From IMG/VR virus record IMGVR_UViG_2537562221_000013: DNA of 7,348 nucleotides. The stretch is one strand, 5' to 3'. The notes under the pieces are model-generated. The model was not told the origin of the DNA and searched no databases. It saw nothing but the letters and a program-made list of their open reading frames with translations. The translations under genes and the position numbers were made by a program. Origin of the DNA: a virus. Taxonomy: Monodnaviria; Loebvirae; Hofneiviricota; Faserviricetes; Tubulavirales; Inoviridae. Of the stretch, positions 1 through 6,628 are shown piece by piece; within the stretch, counting starts at the first letter, position 1; each line of letters opens with the position of its first letter.

Positions 1-325
1 CGGGCACATACAGGCAGAGTGGCCGTGAAAGAAAGCAATCAGCGATGGTGCTCTGACGGGTTCGAGTTCTGCTGTGATAACGGAGAGAGACTGCGTGTCA
101 CGTTCGCGCTGGACTGCTGTGATCGTGAGGCACTGCACTGGGCGGTCACTACCGGCGGCTTCAACAGTGAAACAGTACAGGACGTCATGCTGGGAGCGGT
201 GGAACGCCGCTTCGGCAACGATCTTCCGTCGTCTCCAGTGGAGTGGCTGACGGATAATGGTTCATGCTACCGGGCTAATGAAACACGCCAGTTCGCCCGG
301 ATGTTGGGACTTGAACCGAAGAACA
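1..325 (+). mobile_element. insD: IS2 (IS3 family) remnant, 3'-truncated; internal part of the orfB/InsD transposase reading frame, running off the left edge of the window
   Basis: Frame-1 translation ([108 protein letters not shown]) matches IS2 InsD as I recall it. Identity stops abruptly after ...GAACCGAAGAACA at about 325, where IS2 continues CGGCGGTG... but this window reads tccgtccttaa. The remaining InsD C-terminus (about 77 aa) and the right inverted repeat are absent. Confidence 0.85.
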
Positions 326-336
326 TCCGTCCTTAA
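1..336 (+). pseudogene. insD: Truncated IS2 InsD transposase gene; the last four codons plus stop (IRP*) come from non-IS2 sequence
   Basis: The ORF-track product 19..336 is an internal InsD segment. The frame is open from position 1 and ends at a stop created by the junction sequence. Confidence 0.8.
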
Positions 337-368
337 ATAAGTAACAGCACCCTCTGGTGTTTTCGTAT

Positions 369-393
369 GCAGTGTCTATGCGACAGACACTGC
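369..393. repeat. Perfect 9-bp inverted repeat (GCAGTGTCT, 7-nt spacer, AGACACTGC) between the IS2 junction and dif
   Basis: Base-by-base pairing of 369-377 with 385-393 checked. No T/U tract follows on either strand, so it is not an obvious intrinsic terminator. Function unknown. Confidence 0.6.
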
Positions 394-528
394 GCTCTTA
401 GCATGGGGCAGGGAATAACCAGGCTATTTCTCCATGCACAGGCCAATTATGAAAGAGGAGAGGCTTAAGTTCTTGAACCCTGAACGAATAACGACTACCA
501 GAAAAGCACTTCGCATCACTCAGACATG

Positions 529-556
529 ATTTAACATAATATACATTATGCGCACC
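529..556 (-). other. dif: dif-type XerC/XerD site-specific recombination site (chromosome dimer resolution site), exact 28-bp match to E. coli dif, reverse orientation
   Basis: The + strand reads ATTTAACATAATATACATTATGCGCACC, the reverse complement of the canonical dif GGTGCGCATAATGTATATTATGTTAAAT. The XerD arm faces the IS2 side and the XerC arm faces the prophage. Confidence 0.85.
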
Positions 557-588
557 AATGGTAAGGATGGCAGAATCTGGCGGGAATC

Positions 589-607
589 GTTGACACTGGC
601 CGTCAAC
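589..607. repeat. Palindrome GTTGAC-N7-GTCAAC, 33 bp to the right of dif; candidate protein-binding site
   Basis: 6-bp arms at 589-594 and 602-607 are exact reverse complements. Function unknown. Confidence 0.4.
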
Positions 608-687
608 TGGCTACTATCGACAGTGATTCAAAATCATCCGTTTCTCCAAACGAATCAGAATCAAATGTCTGTCAGCAGTAAGTGAAC

Positions 688-710
688 GGCCTGACCTCAC
701 CAATCAGGCC
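688..710 (-). terminator. Possible weak intrinsic terminator: GC-rich 7-bp stem (GGCCTGA / TCAGGCC) straddling the stop codon of the 697..906 ORF
   Basis: Inverted repeat 688-694 / 704-710 with a 9-nt loop. On the minus strand it is followed by GUUCACUUACU, only a modest U content. Confidence 0.3.
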
Positions 711-906
711 TGTTCATCCAGTTAGTTGGTAAATCTGTACCTGATACACGAGAATCAAACACCACTTCTTCAGTGCCATCACCATGATGCCGGATAATCT
801 GGTAACCGGATTGCGGGTTCTGGCTCTCAGCTTCATAAGCAGCCCGGAATGCTGGATCTTTGAGAAGCATCACTTTCAGCTCCTGATGTGTCATGAATTT
901 TTCCAT
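697..906 (-). CDS. Hypothetical small protein (69 aa from the ATG at 906; the same frame is open back to an ATG at 945, giving 82 aa). The N-terminal motif resembles the N-terminus of some Xre-type antitoxins but there is no HTH domain.
   Basis: ORF-track 697..945. The ATG at 906 has a weak GGGG Shine-Dalgarno 6 nt upstream; the ATG at 945 has none. The N-terminus HQELKVMLLKDPAFRAAYEAE recalls the DPEVRAEYEAL-type motif from memory, not from a search. I checked the alternative frames and none restores an HTH. Confidence 0.45.
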   Translation of the reverse strand: MEKFMTHQELKVMLLKDPAFRAAYEAESQNPQSGYQIIRHHGDGTEEVVFDSRVSGTDLPTNWMNRPDW

Positions 907-1067
907 GATAAGCCCCGATGAATGCTGCCGCGCCGAATCAGCCATAACGCTGAAAATGGAAACTGTACGGCTTGGCCAACCCCGGACAGCAACAAAACAA
1001 GTTTTGTCACTGACCGGCGTTATCTTTCAAAACAGACAGTTAACGATTTTTTGTCTGGTGTTTATGC

Positions 1068-1094
1068 GTGAAATTTCGTGCGTACGAAATTCAC
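1068..1094. repeat. Imperfect palindrome/hairpin (GTGAA-A-TTTCG, loop TGCGTA, CGAAA-TTCAC) overlapping the stop codon of the 1091..1339 ORF
   Basis: 10 bp of pairing with a 1-nt bulge. No flanking T tract, so not an obvious terminator. Candidate operator or origin/packaging-type hairpin. Confidence 0.35.
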
Positions 1095-1339
1095 CACCAA
1101 TAAACAAACGGACGATGACTGACCGGAAAAGCAATGCCGTCAGCATCATGACCACGCATTACCTGATTGAGAAGCCTTCTGACTTCACGGCGCTCAGGCC
1201 TGGTCATCATCATATTGCGATACCAGGACGGCGATTTATCAAACCATCTGGCACAACTGGCAAAATGTGAACCTACACGACGATAAGACTTAAGGCGGCC
1301 ACCGGGAAGTCGGTCACGCGCCTTATTTTTTACAGACAT
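1091..1339 (-). CDS. Hypothetical small basic protein (82 aa), possibly nucleic-acid binding; phage cargo or regulatory gene between pIV and dif
   Basis: Strong RBS: AGAGGA then 6 nt then ATG at 1339. By my count about 18 Lys/Arg against 6 Asp/Glu. It lies directly downstream of pIV on the same strand with no terminator between. The overlapping + strand ORF 893..1270 has no comparable RBS. Confidence 0.5.
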   Translation of the reverse strand: MSVKNKARDRLPGGRLKSYRRVGSHFASCARWFDKSPSWYRNMMMTRPERREVRRLLNQVMRGHDADGIAFPVSHRPFVYWW

Positions 1340-1427
1340 AATAAATCCTCTAAGTAACTGAATACCTAGAAGATGTCGTACTGTTCATACCCCATAAAAG
1401 TTAACGCCATAATAAAAATCCATACAA

Positions 1428-2672
1428 TCAGTTCAGGTTGTCCCGGAACAGTTCACCGCTCCTCGCGGCGCTGCGGGGCGTCGCCCTGCTCCGGTCAACC
1501 TTTCTGACCTGAAGCATCACCATAATATCAGTCTTGTTGCTTTCACTGGTACGGGAACCGAAGAAGCTCCAGCCGGAACTGGCCTTACTGTCTTTCTGTT
1601 CAGCAAGGCCACCAAGTAAAATAATATCACCATCTGCAAGGCTGACTTCGGTTGTTACATCACGCTTGATAAGGGTTGGCGAGTTATTGACGCCGGTTTC
1701 AGTGGTCACAAAGTTGGAAAGCTGCTGCTGAATCTTGAGATCCATTGTCCGACTTTTGATTGATGGCGTTACGTTAAACAAAACACCGCTGGAACGATAT
1801 TCAACGGATTGCGTGGTCGTATTGTTATTCACCGTAACACTGCCCAGTACTGGCACATCAGAGCCGACTGAAAAAGACGCTGAGGCATTATTTTTTACCC
1901 GCAGTCGTGGCGCACTGACAACAGTAAAACGACTGTCGGTTTTAAGCAGATTGAAAATGGCATCAATGGAGCCGGTTCGAATATTGATAAAATTATCCAG
2001 TCCGGCAGCACCAACTGAAATATTGAATTTATCAGACAGAATTTTAGCCGCTAAAAGAATGCCGGAGCCGTCAGACTGCGAGGTCTGAACCTCAAAAACA
2101 TAACCAGAAACAACCACTTCATCACTCATCGTATCCAGCGAAGTGACCAGTGTTTTCAGGATGGCGATATCCTCTTTCGTACCATAATAAACCAGAATAT
2201 CACCGGTTCGATTAATGTAGTTGCTTGCCCCTGATGAACCTTTTAGCGAATCGTCAGAAATCACGGCTCCACTGTTATTGAAGGAGCCTGAAACGTAGCC
2301 GCCAAGAATATCAGACAGGTAGGCAACAGAACGGTACTGAGGCGTATAAGTCCATGTATAACGTGGCTTAACCGGCTCTTTCGGCGTATAGGGCGCGATA
2401 AAATCAACACCCTTTTTCGTCCATATTCGAATGTTCATATTGCCAAGATAACGGGTTACAAATTCCCGTTCATCAATATCAGGTGTTAACCTGAATGTAA
2501 TCATTCGTTCATCATTAACAAGCTGTGGATCTAGCATATACGGGACTTTAAGCACCTCACTATAAATAAGAGAAATAGCCTCCGGTAGCTTGACTTTATT
2601 TAATTCAAGCTCTGACCCTGCGAAAGCACATGAAGAAAATAGTAGCGTTAATGCGAGTAAAATCTTTTTCAT
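1428..2672 (-). CDS. Filamentous-phage pIV-type secretin (outer-membrane export channel for virion extrusion), 414 aa
   Basis: N-terminal signal peptide MKKILLALTLLFSSCAFAGSE. The C-terminal half has secretin-like motifs (VVSAPRLRVKNNASASFSVGSDVPV, ILLGGLAEQKDSK). It is the last gene of the module, directly after pI as in Ff phages, and its start overlaps the pI stop by 1 nt (TAATG). Confidence 0.85.
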   Translation of the reverse strand: MKKILLALTLLFSSCAFAGSELELNKVKLPEAISLIYSEVLKVPYMLDPQLVNDERMITFRLTPDIDEREFVTRYLGNMNIRIWTKKGVDFIAPYTPKEPVKPRYTWTYTPQYRSVAYLSDILGGYVSGSFNNSGAVISDDSLKGSSGASNYINRTGDILVYYGTKEDIAILKTLVTSLDTMSDEVVVSGYVFEVQTSQSDGSGILLAAKILSDKFNISVGAAGLDNFINIRTGSIDAIFNLLKTDSRFTVVSAPRLRVKNNASASFSVGSDVPVLGSVTVNNNTTTQSVEYRSSGVLFNVTPSIKSRTMDLKIQQQLSNFVTTETGVNNSPTLIKRDVTTEVSLADGDIILLGGLAEQKDSKASSGWSFFGSRTSESNKTDIMVMLQVRKVDRSRATPRSAARSGELFRDNLN

Positions 2673-3697
2673 TATTTTTTCCCCGTATAAAGCGTCACAC
2701 GCTCACCATCAATAATTCCGCTCATCAACATCCCTTTGTAATTAAAACTGGATGCAGGAACGGCACGCAAAACACCGGCACCGTTAACAAGAATCACAAA
2801 CGCCCTGCCTTCACTGGTCATTCTCCCTGATATACGCCACTCGGTTGAAAGTGGCGGTTCAGCTGGTTCTGAGGGAGTATCTGGTGCTGGAGTAGCAGCG
2901 GAAGAACGAAACATGGCCGCATCACGTACATCTGTTGTAGCCAAATCTGGCGAGGGATCGCTTCGGCCAAACGTGCTGAAAAATGAGTAAATCAGCCAGC
3001 CTGACCCGATAAACATCAATGGAAAAAGCACAAGAAAGAACCTGACTTTGCCAGAATTCCAGATGCTCTGGCGTTTATCTGTCTGCTTTTCATTACCGTT
3101 ATTTCCTTCATAGCTTTTATAAAGTTCAAAAATATCAGGGTTATATTTATTGCGATAACTGGTGACGAGGTTGCTTTTATAGATTTTGTGGCCTGAATAT
3201 ACGTCAATGCAGTAATGATTATTCAGGCCCAACGCTTTCAGCTTGCGCATCCGGTAAGTTGTTTCTATTTTGTCTTTCAGAAAGCGAGCAATATTAGAAA
3301 GTGACTGATTTACAATAACCAAATCACAGCTAATACCCGTTTCAGGGTGCGTAAAATGACGATGTTCAGCAATAAATGATTTCTTCTCAGCCGTCATATC
3401 CTTATCGCTACCGAAGATTCGCCATGCTTCATCAATAACAATTAAATCACCAAACTGGCAAAAGCTCCCTTCCCCACCTTTAAAAGGAAAGAAATCTGCT
3501 TTAAGCACATCATCATTATCCACAACAATAATTTCTCCCGTTGCATCAGGATAACGTTCGGTGATTTTATCTTTTTGTAAACCATAAATGTTCGTCATAA
3601 CTCTCCGGCCGCTGGTAAATGCAGGAATAATGACATTGCAAACGGCTTCATAACTTTTTCCTGAGCCGGGTATGCCAATATATGCAGAAATAGCCAT
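2672..3697 (-). CDS. Filamentous-phage pI / Zot-family assembly NTPase, 341 aa
   Basis: N-terminal Walker A motif (GIPGSGKSY) and a downstream Walker B-like LIVIDEAW. A single internal hydrophobic segment (FFLVLFPLMFIGSGWLIYSFF) is followed by a Pro/Ser/Thr-rich C-terminal domain. This is the Zot/pI architecture, in the expected position between pVI and pIV. Confidence 0.85.
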   Translation of the reverse strand: MAISAYIGIPGSGKSYEAVCNVIIPAFTSGRRVMTNIYGLQKDKITERYPDATGEIIVVDNDDVLKADFFPFKGGEGSFCQFGDLIVIDEAWRIFGSDKDMTAEKKSFIAEHRHFTHPETGISCDLVIVNQSLSNIARFLKDKIETTYRMRKLKALGLNNHYCIDVYSGHKIYKSNLVTSYRNKYNPDIFELYKSYEGNNGNEKQTDKRQSIWNSGKVRFFLVLFPLMFIGSGWLIYSFFSTFGRSDPSPDLATTDVRDAAMFRSSAATPAPDTPSEPAEPPLSTEWRISGRMTSEGRAFVILVNGAGVLRAVPASSFNYKGMLMSGIIDGERVTLYTGKK

Positions 3698-3700
3698 AAC

Positions 3701-3988
3701 TCACCCTATAACAGGAATACGTCGAATAATAAAACGAGTAGCCATTGCGGAGATAATCATACTAATCCCCTGTGGTAATTTACTCAGGTTAATGAAGTAC
3801 CAGAATCCGTCTGATAAATTGGCAAACAGCGATGAGAGATTGCTTGAATCTGGCAGTAACTCAACAAGGATTTCAACGAAGCCCTGGACTACAAAATACA
3901 GCGCAAAGAATACGACGAATTTAATAATCAATGACCGGAATACAAAACCTAACAAAGTATTTAATGCACTAATCAGAATCCCAAACAT
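3701..3988 (-). CDS. Putative minor coat protein pVI-like, 95 aa, very hydrophobic
   Basis: Multiple hydrophobic segments, with size and position (between pIII and pI) matching gene VI of Ff-type phages. The assignment rests on position and composition, not on sequence identity. Confidence 0.65.
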   Translation of the reverse strand: MFGILISALNTLLGFVFRSLIIKFVVFFALYFVVQGFVEILVELLPDSSNLSSLFANLSDGFWYFINLSKLPQGISMIISAMATRFIIRRIPVIG

Positions 3989-4000
3989 AGTTGCACTCCT

Positions 4001-5713
4001 TTAGGCACTCAGAATAATACGGAGCGCAACAAATCCCCATATAATCAGAAAAATGGTTTCTACGGCGCTTCTGTTCTGCTCAATTAACGGACAATGGGAG
4101 GCAATTCTGTACTGGTGATTAAACACGCTGAATTCAACAACGGGGCAGGATGCTGAACGAGAGCCGATGTTAAATTCGTTTGTAAAAGGCAACAAGTTAA
4201 TAATTGGCGTTAAAATATCTCTTGCCGTTGGCGTTTCTTCAAGCTCAGGCTCTTTTACACCGGGATCTTCTCCCAAATCTATATTGCCATTATTTCCAGT
4301 GTCAGACCCTGAGTTGTTATTAATGGTAATATCAATATTGACGTCAGCCCCTGCACTGTCAGATACAGGTGAAAGCATATCTAATAACGTTGGAGATAGC
4401 CTAAGTTCCGACATCGCAGAAGTTACTTCAGCCGGTGAAACCTCTTTAAACGGTAAGCCGTTATAATCGGCATTAACGGCAGCTTCAGACCACAGCTCGT
4501 TAATCATGTCGGCAAGAAGTGCTGGCGATACACTAACACTATCAAGATACTCCAGATAATCAATCATGGACTCAATATTTCCGGCCTCCAGTACTTCCGT
4601 CATGGCTTTATATTTGGTATTGGTCCAGATAGTAAGCTCACTCTTTTCATCAATATCTTTTGCGGTGTAATCCTCTTTTTCAGGAACGGCGCAAATCGTC
4701 GAATATCCACCATTTGACTGATTAGTCGTTTTACAAGGCGTGTTGTGATACTGATATTGCTTGCCTGCTGTTAAATAAGCAACGCTGTAATACATGGGAA
4801 GCCCTGCTACATTTTCATACATGGGAATACCTGCGGGAAATGAAGATGCGGCCGGGTTGCTATACAAGTGTGTAATCTCAGGTATTTCATAAAATGAGGA
4901 AGGATAAGTAAACTTATAATTCTGTTCAGTAAAGGATACATCTCCATTACTGTTGACAACTTTATTCGTCACAGTGCGTTCAAAATTCGTTAGTGTTTCA
5001 GTATAAGTACGCGAGTTATAGTCATTAAGATAATTTCTGGCAATTTCAGTTGGATTATCACCATAGTAATAAATTAGCTCTTTCGAATCCTGATAATAAT
5101 AAAGCGCATTATCTGGCGTGGAATATCCTGTTTCAACACCTACAACTGGAGAACCCGCATCCACATTATTACGACTAACATGAAGGATTACCGGACTTAA
5201 TTCCTGTGGTTCAAAATTAACGGTTATCGTCTTACTTTCACCACTTTGACCACTGTACGTTACTTCATATAAATTATCGGAAATCTTTTTACCGTTAGTC
5301 ATTACCATTACCGAGCCGTCAGATGAACTCAAAGAAGACGGAACAAAAGATGATACAGCAGCAGCAATACCCGCCCACGTTGCAACACCGCTCATTTTGT
5401 ATGATGAGGCAGCAGGCAAGTATTCGGCAGCATTAGCCGCAGCGCGGCCAACAAAAACACGGGTTGCTGTAAGCTGTGATGCCGTATAAATCGCATCATT
5501 GGCAGCAAAGCGACGAACAAGCACCCGGCCAACGACTTTAGGAATAACAGCCCGCGCAGCCACTGCTGCAATTGCTGGTACAAATGAATATGAATATCGG
5601 GGAAAGGAAACCCAGAGAAAGGAAAAAATAAAGGAATAAACCGTCAGCCTCTTAGCCCAAGAATAACGACATAAGCTGAGACGATCCCCCATAAAAGGGA
5701 ACCCAATTTCCAT
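4001..5713 (-). CDS. Putative adsorption/minor coat protein pIII-like (570 aa as the maximal ORF; an internal signal-peptide-like Met at 5395 would give about 465 aa)
   Basis: Largest gene, sited between pVIII and pVI. It has a Gly/Ser/Asn-rich linker (NNNSGSDTGNNGN), two Cys near the C-terminus and a C-terminal hydrophobic anchor (VETIFLIIWGFVALRIILSA). The ATG at 5713 has a GGAGA RBS 7 nt upstream. The ATG at 5395 (MSGVATWAGIAAAVSSFVPSS) looks signal-peptide-like but has no SD. Confidence 0.7.
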   Translation of the reverse strand: MEIGFPFMGDRLSLCRYSWAKRLTVYSFIFSFLWVSFPRYSYSFVPAIAAVAARAVIPKVVGRVLVRRFAANDAIYTASQLTATRVFVGRAAANAAEYLPAASSYKMSGVATWAGIAAAVSSFVPSSLSSSDGSVMVMTNGKKISDNLYEVTYSGQSGESKTITVNFEPQELSPVILHVSRNNVDAGSPVVGVETGYSTPDNALYYYQDSKELIYYYGDNPTEIARNYLNDYNSRTYTETLTNFERTVTNKVVNSNGDVSFTEQNYKFTYPSSFYEIPEITHLYSNPAASSFPAGIPMYENVAGLPMYYSVAYLTAGKQYQYHNTPCKTTNQSNGGYSTICAVPEKEDYTAKDIDEKSELTIWTNTKYKAMTEVLEAGNIESMIDYLEYLDSVSVSPALLADMINELWSEAAVNADYNGLPFKEVSPAEVTSAMSELRLSPTLLDMLSPVSDSAGADVNIDITINNNSGSDTGNNGNIDLGEDPGVKEPELEETPTARDILTPIINLLPFTNEFNIGSRSASCPVVEFSVFNHQYRIASHCPLIEQNRSAVETIFLIIWGFVALRIILSA

Positions 5714-5736
5714 AATTCAATCTCCATAATAACCTC

Positions 5737-5764
5737 AAGTAAAACGGGCGATATTGTATCGCCC
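5737..5764 (-). terminator. Rho-independent terminator downstream of the major coat protein gene
   Basis: Perfect 8-bp stem GGGCGATA / TATCGCCC (5746-5753 / 5757-5764) with a 3-nt loop. On the minus-strand transcript it is followed by GUUUUACUU. This matches the position of the strong terminator after gene VIII in Ff phages. Confidence 0.6.
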
Positions 5765-5777
5765 ATGAATAATGAAT

Positions 5778-6011
5778 TTATGCGGATTTAACGGTACGCA
5801 ATACCCAGCGAACGCCAGCGACACCGGCATAAAGTGTTACCAGTGAAGCAGCAACGGCCATAATCGCAACCAGAACTGTACTGAAATCAATGCTGTTCGT
5901 CAGCGGCGATAAATCAACACCACTTGATGCCGCTCCTTCTGCAGCGAAAGTCGCGCCAGAAACAGCCATTAATGCAGGTACAGCCAGAAAACTAACGATT
6001 TTTTTAAACAT
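5778..6011 (-). CDS. Major coat protein pVIII-like, 77-aa precursor
   Basis: Signal peptide (MFKKIVSFLAVPALMAVSGATFA), then an acidic N-terminal segment (AEGAASSGVD), a hydrophobic core (VLVAIMAVAASLVTLYAGVAGV) and a basic C-terminus (RWVLRTVKSA). This is the classic inovirus major capsid layout. GGAGA RBS 7 nt upstream. Confidence 0.85.
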   Translation of the reverse strand: MFKKIVSFLAVPALMAVSGATFAAEGAASSGVDLSPLTNSIDFSTVLVAIMAVAASLVTLYAGVAGVRWVLRTVKSA

Positions 6012-6045
6012 AACTCTATCTCCATTACATTTTAAAGGTTCGCAT

Positions 6046-6297
6046 TCAAGCAGTACGAACCATCTTTATTACCTGTCCCACACCTACAGAAAAAAGCCAG
6101 AGCAGCAGGACAGAGTCAAAACCTAATGTCCAGTAATTTCCCATTGCAGAATAATCAATTTGATGAAATGGTTCAGAACGTACCATTATTGCCTGACATT
6201 CTTTTGCATTGTTCGCATTACATAAATAACCTTCAATACGGTAACCATTTTCAGGAATATGATTATCAAACTGAATATCGAAACCTGATGTATCCAT
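6046..6297 (-). CDS. Hypothetical phage protein, 83 aa, with a C-terminal transmembrane segment; in the pVII/pIX (minor coat) position but larger
   Basis: C-terminal hydrophobic stretch SVLLLWLFSVGVGQVIKMV. It follows the upstream gene after a 2-nt gap, with a weak AAGG RBS. Confidence 0.5.
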   Translation of the reverse strand: MDTSGFDIQFDNHIPENGYRIEGYLCNANNAKECQAIMVRSEPFHQIDYSAMGNYWTLGFDSVLLLWLFSVGVGQVIKMVRTA

Positions 6298-6299
6298 AA

Positions 6300-6617
6300 T
6301 CAGCCTTTTATTTCAGTAATGCCGCCATCTGATGAAATGTTATAAGTTACTCCTTCCCTCCCCTCCATTGACCAGACGCGAACATATACAGGTATCTGGA
6401 CTAACTTACCGATAAAATTATTTGCCTGATTCATTACACCGGCATTAACAAGAGCCTGAGATACACGAATAATAATCTGGTCTTGCTTAGTGCCACCAAA
6501 ACCATCAGGAATCTCTAAGCCAACACCAATTTCATTATAGTATCCCTGACCATTGACCTTATTACGCTGGCGAGCACCAAGCATTTTACCTTTTACAAAA
6601 AGACCATAATTAGACAT
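6300..6617 (-). CDS. Hypothetical phage protein, 105 aa; candidate ssDNA-binding protein (gene V position)
   Basis: Strong RBS AAGGAGAG about 5 nt upstream of the ATG. Gly-rich with predicted beta character. The function is inferred from gene order only. Confidence 0.5.
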   Translation of the reverse strand: MSNYGLFVKGKMLGARQRNKVNGQGYYNEIGVGLEIPDGFGGTKQDQIIIRVSQALVNAGVMNQANNFIGKLVQIPVYVRVWSMEGREGVTYNISSDGGITEIKG

Positions 6618-6628
6618 ATCACTCTCCT

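Noticed and set aside
326-528. Possible hipA 3'-end fragment next to dif, as in E. coli K-12
   Set aside because: I could not recognise any HipA-like C-terminal reading frame from memory; no ORF of meaningful length ends near dif. Left unannotated.
893-1270. 125-aa + strand ORF overlapping both small minus-strand ORFs
   Set aside because: No convincing RBS at any in-frame start. It runs antisense to the 1091..1339 ORF, which has a strong RBS and shares the strand of the phage operon. I treat it as an overlap artefact, though the strand assignment in this cargo region is not certain.
1340-1427. Second dif-like (attP-derived) site between pIV and the small ORFs
   Set aside because: I scanned for XerC/XerD arm-like sequences (CATAA-N6-TTATG geometry) and found only unrelated CCATAA repeats; no credible dif-like site.
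1534-2088. + strand ORFs 1534..1731 and 1735..2088 inside the secretin gene
   Set aside because: Antisense to a long, well-supported gene; typical shadow ORFs.
2630-2830. 66-aa + strand ORF across the pI/pIV junction
   Set aside because: Antisense to the overlapping pI stop and pIV start; no independent support.
3016-3207. 63-aa minus-strand ORF inside pI, considered as a possible gene XI-like internal cistron
   Set aside because: It is in a different frame from pI, so it cannot be an in-frame internal start like Ff pXI. I also found no in-frame Met just before the pI transmembrane segment.
3672-4466. + strand ORFs 3672..4004 and 4167..4466
   Set aside because: Antisense to the pVI and pIII genes; AT-rich shadow frames.
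5392-5583. 63-aa minus-strand ORF (TTG start) ending in an ATGA overlap with the internal pIII Met at 5395
   Set aside because: Its codons put the G-rich positions in the third place, which is the pattern of an out-of-frame reading of the true frame. The overlapping 570-aa frame shows the proper G-rich first-position periodicity. The ATGA overlap is noted but is most likely coincidental.
5890-6126. 78-aa + strand ORF overlapping the major coat gene
   Set aside because: Antisense to the pVIII gene, which has a textbook signal peptide and coat architecture.
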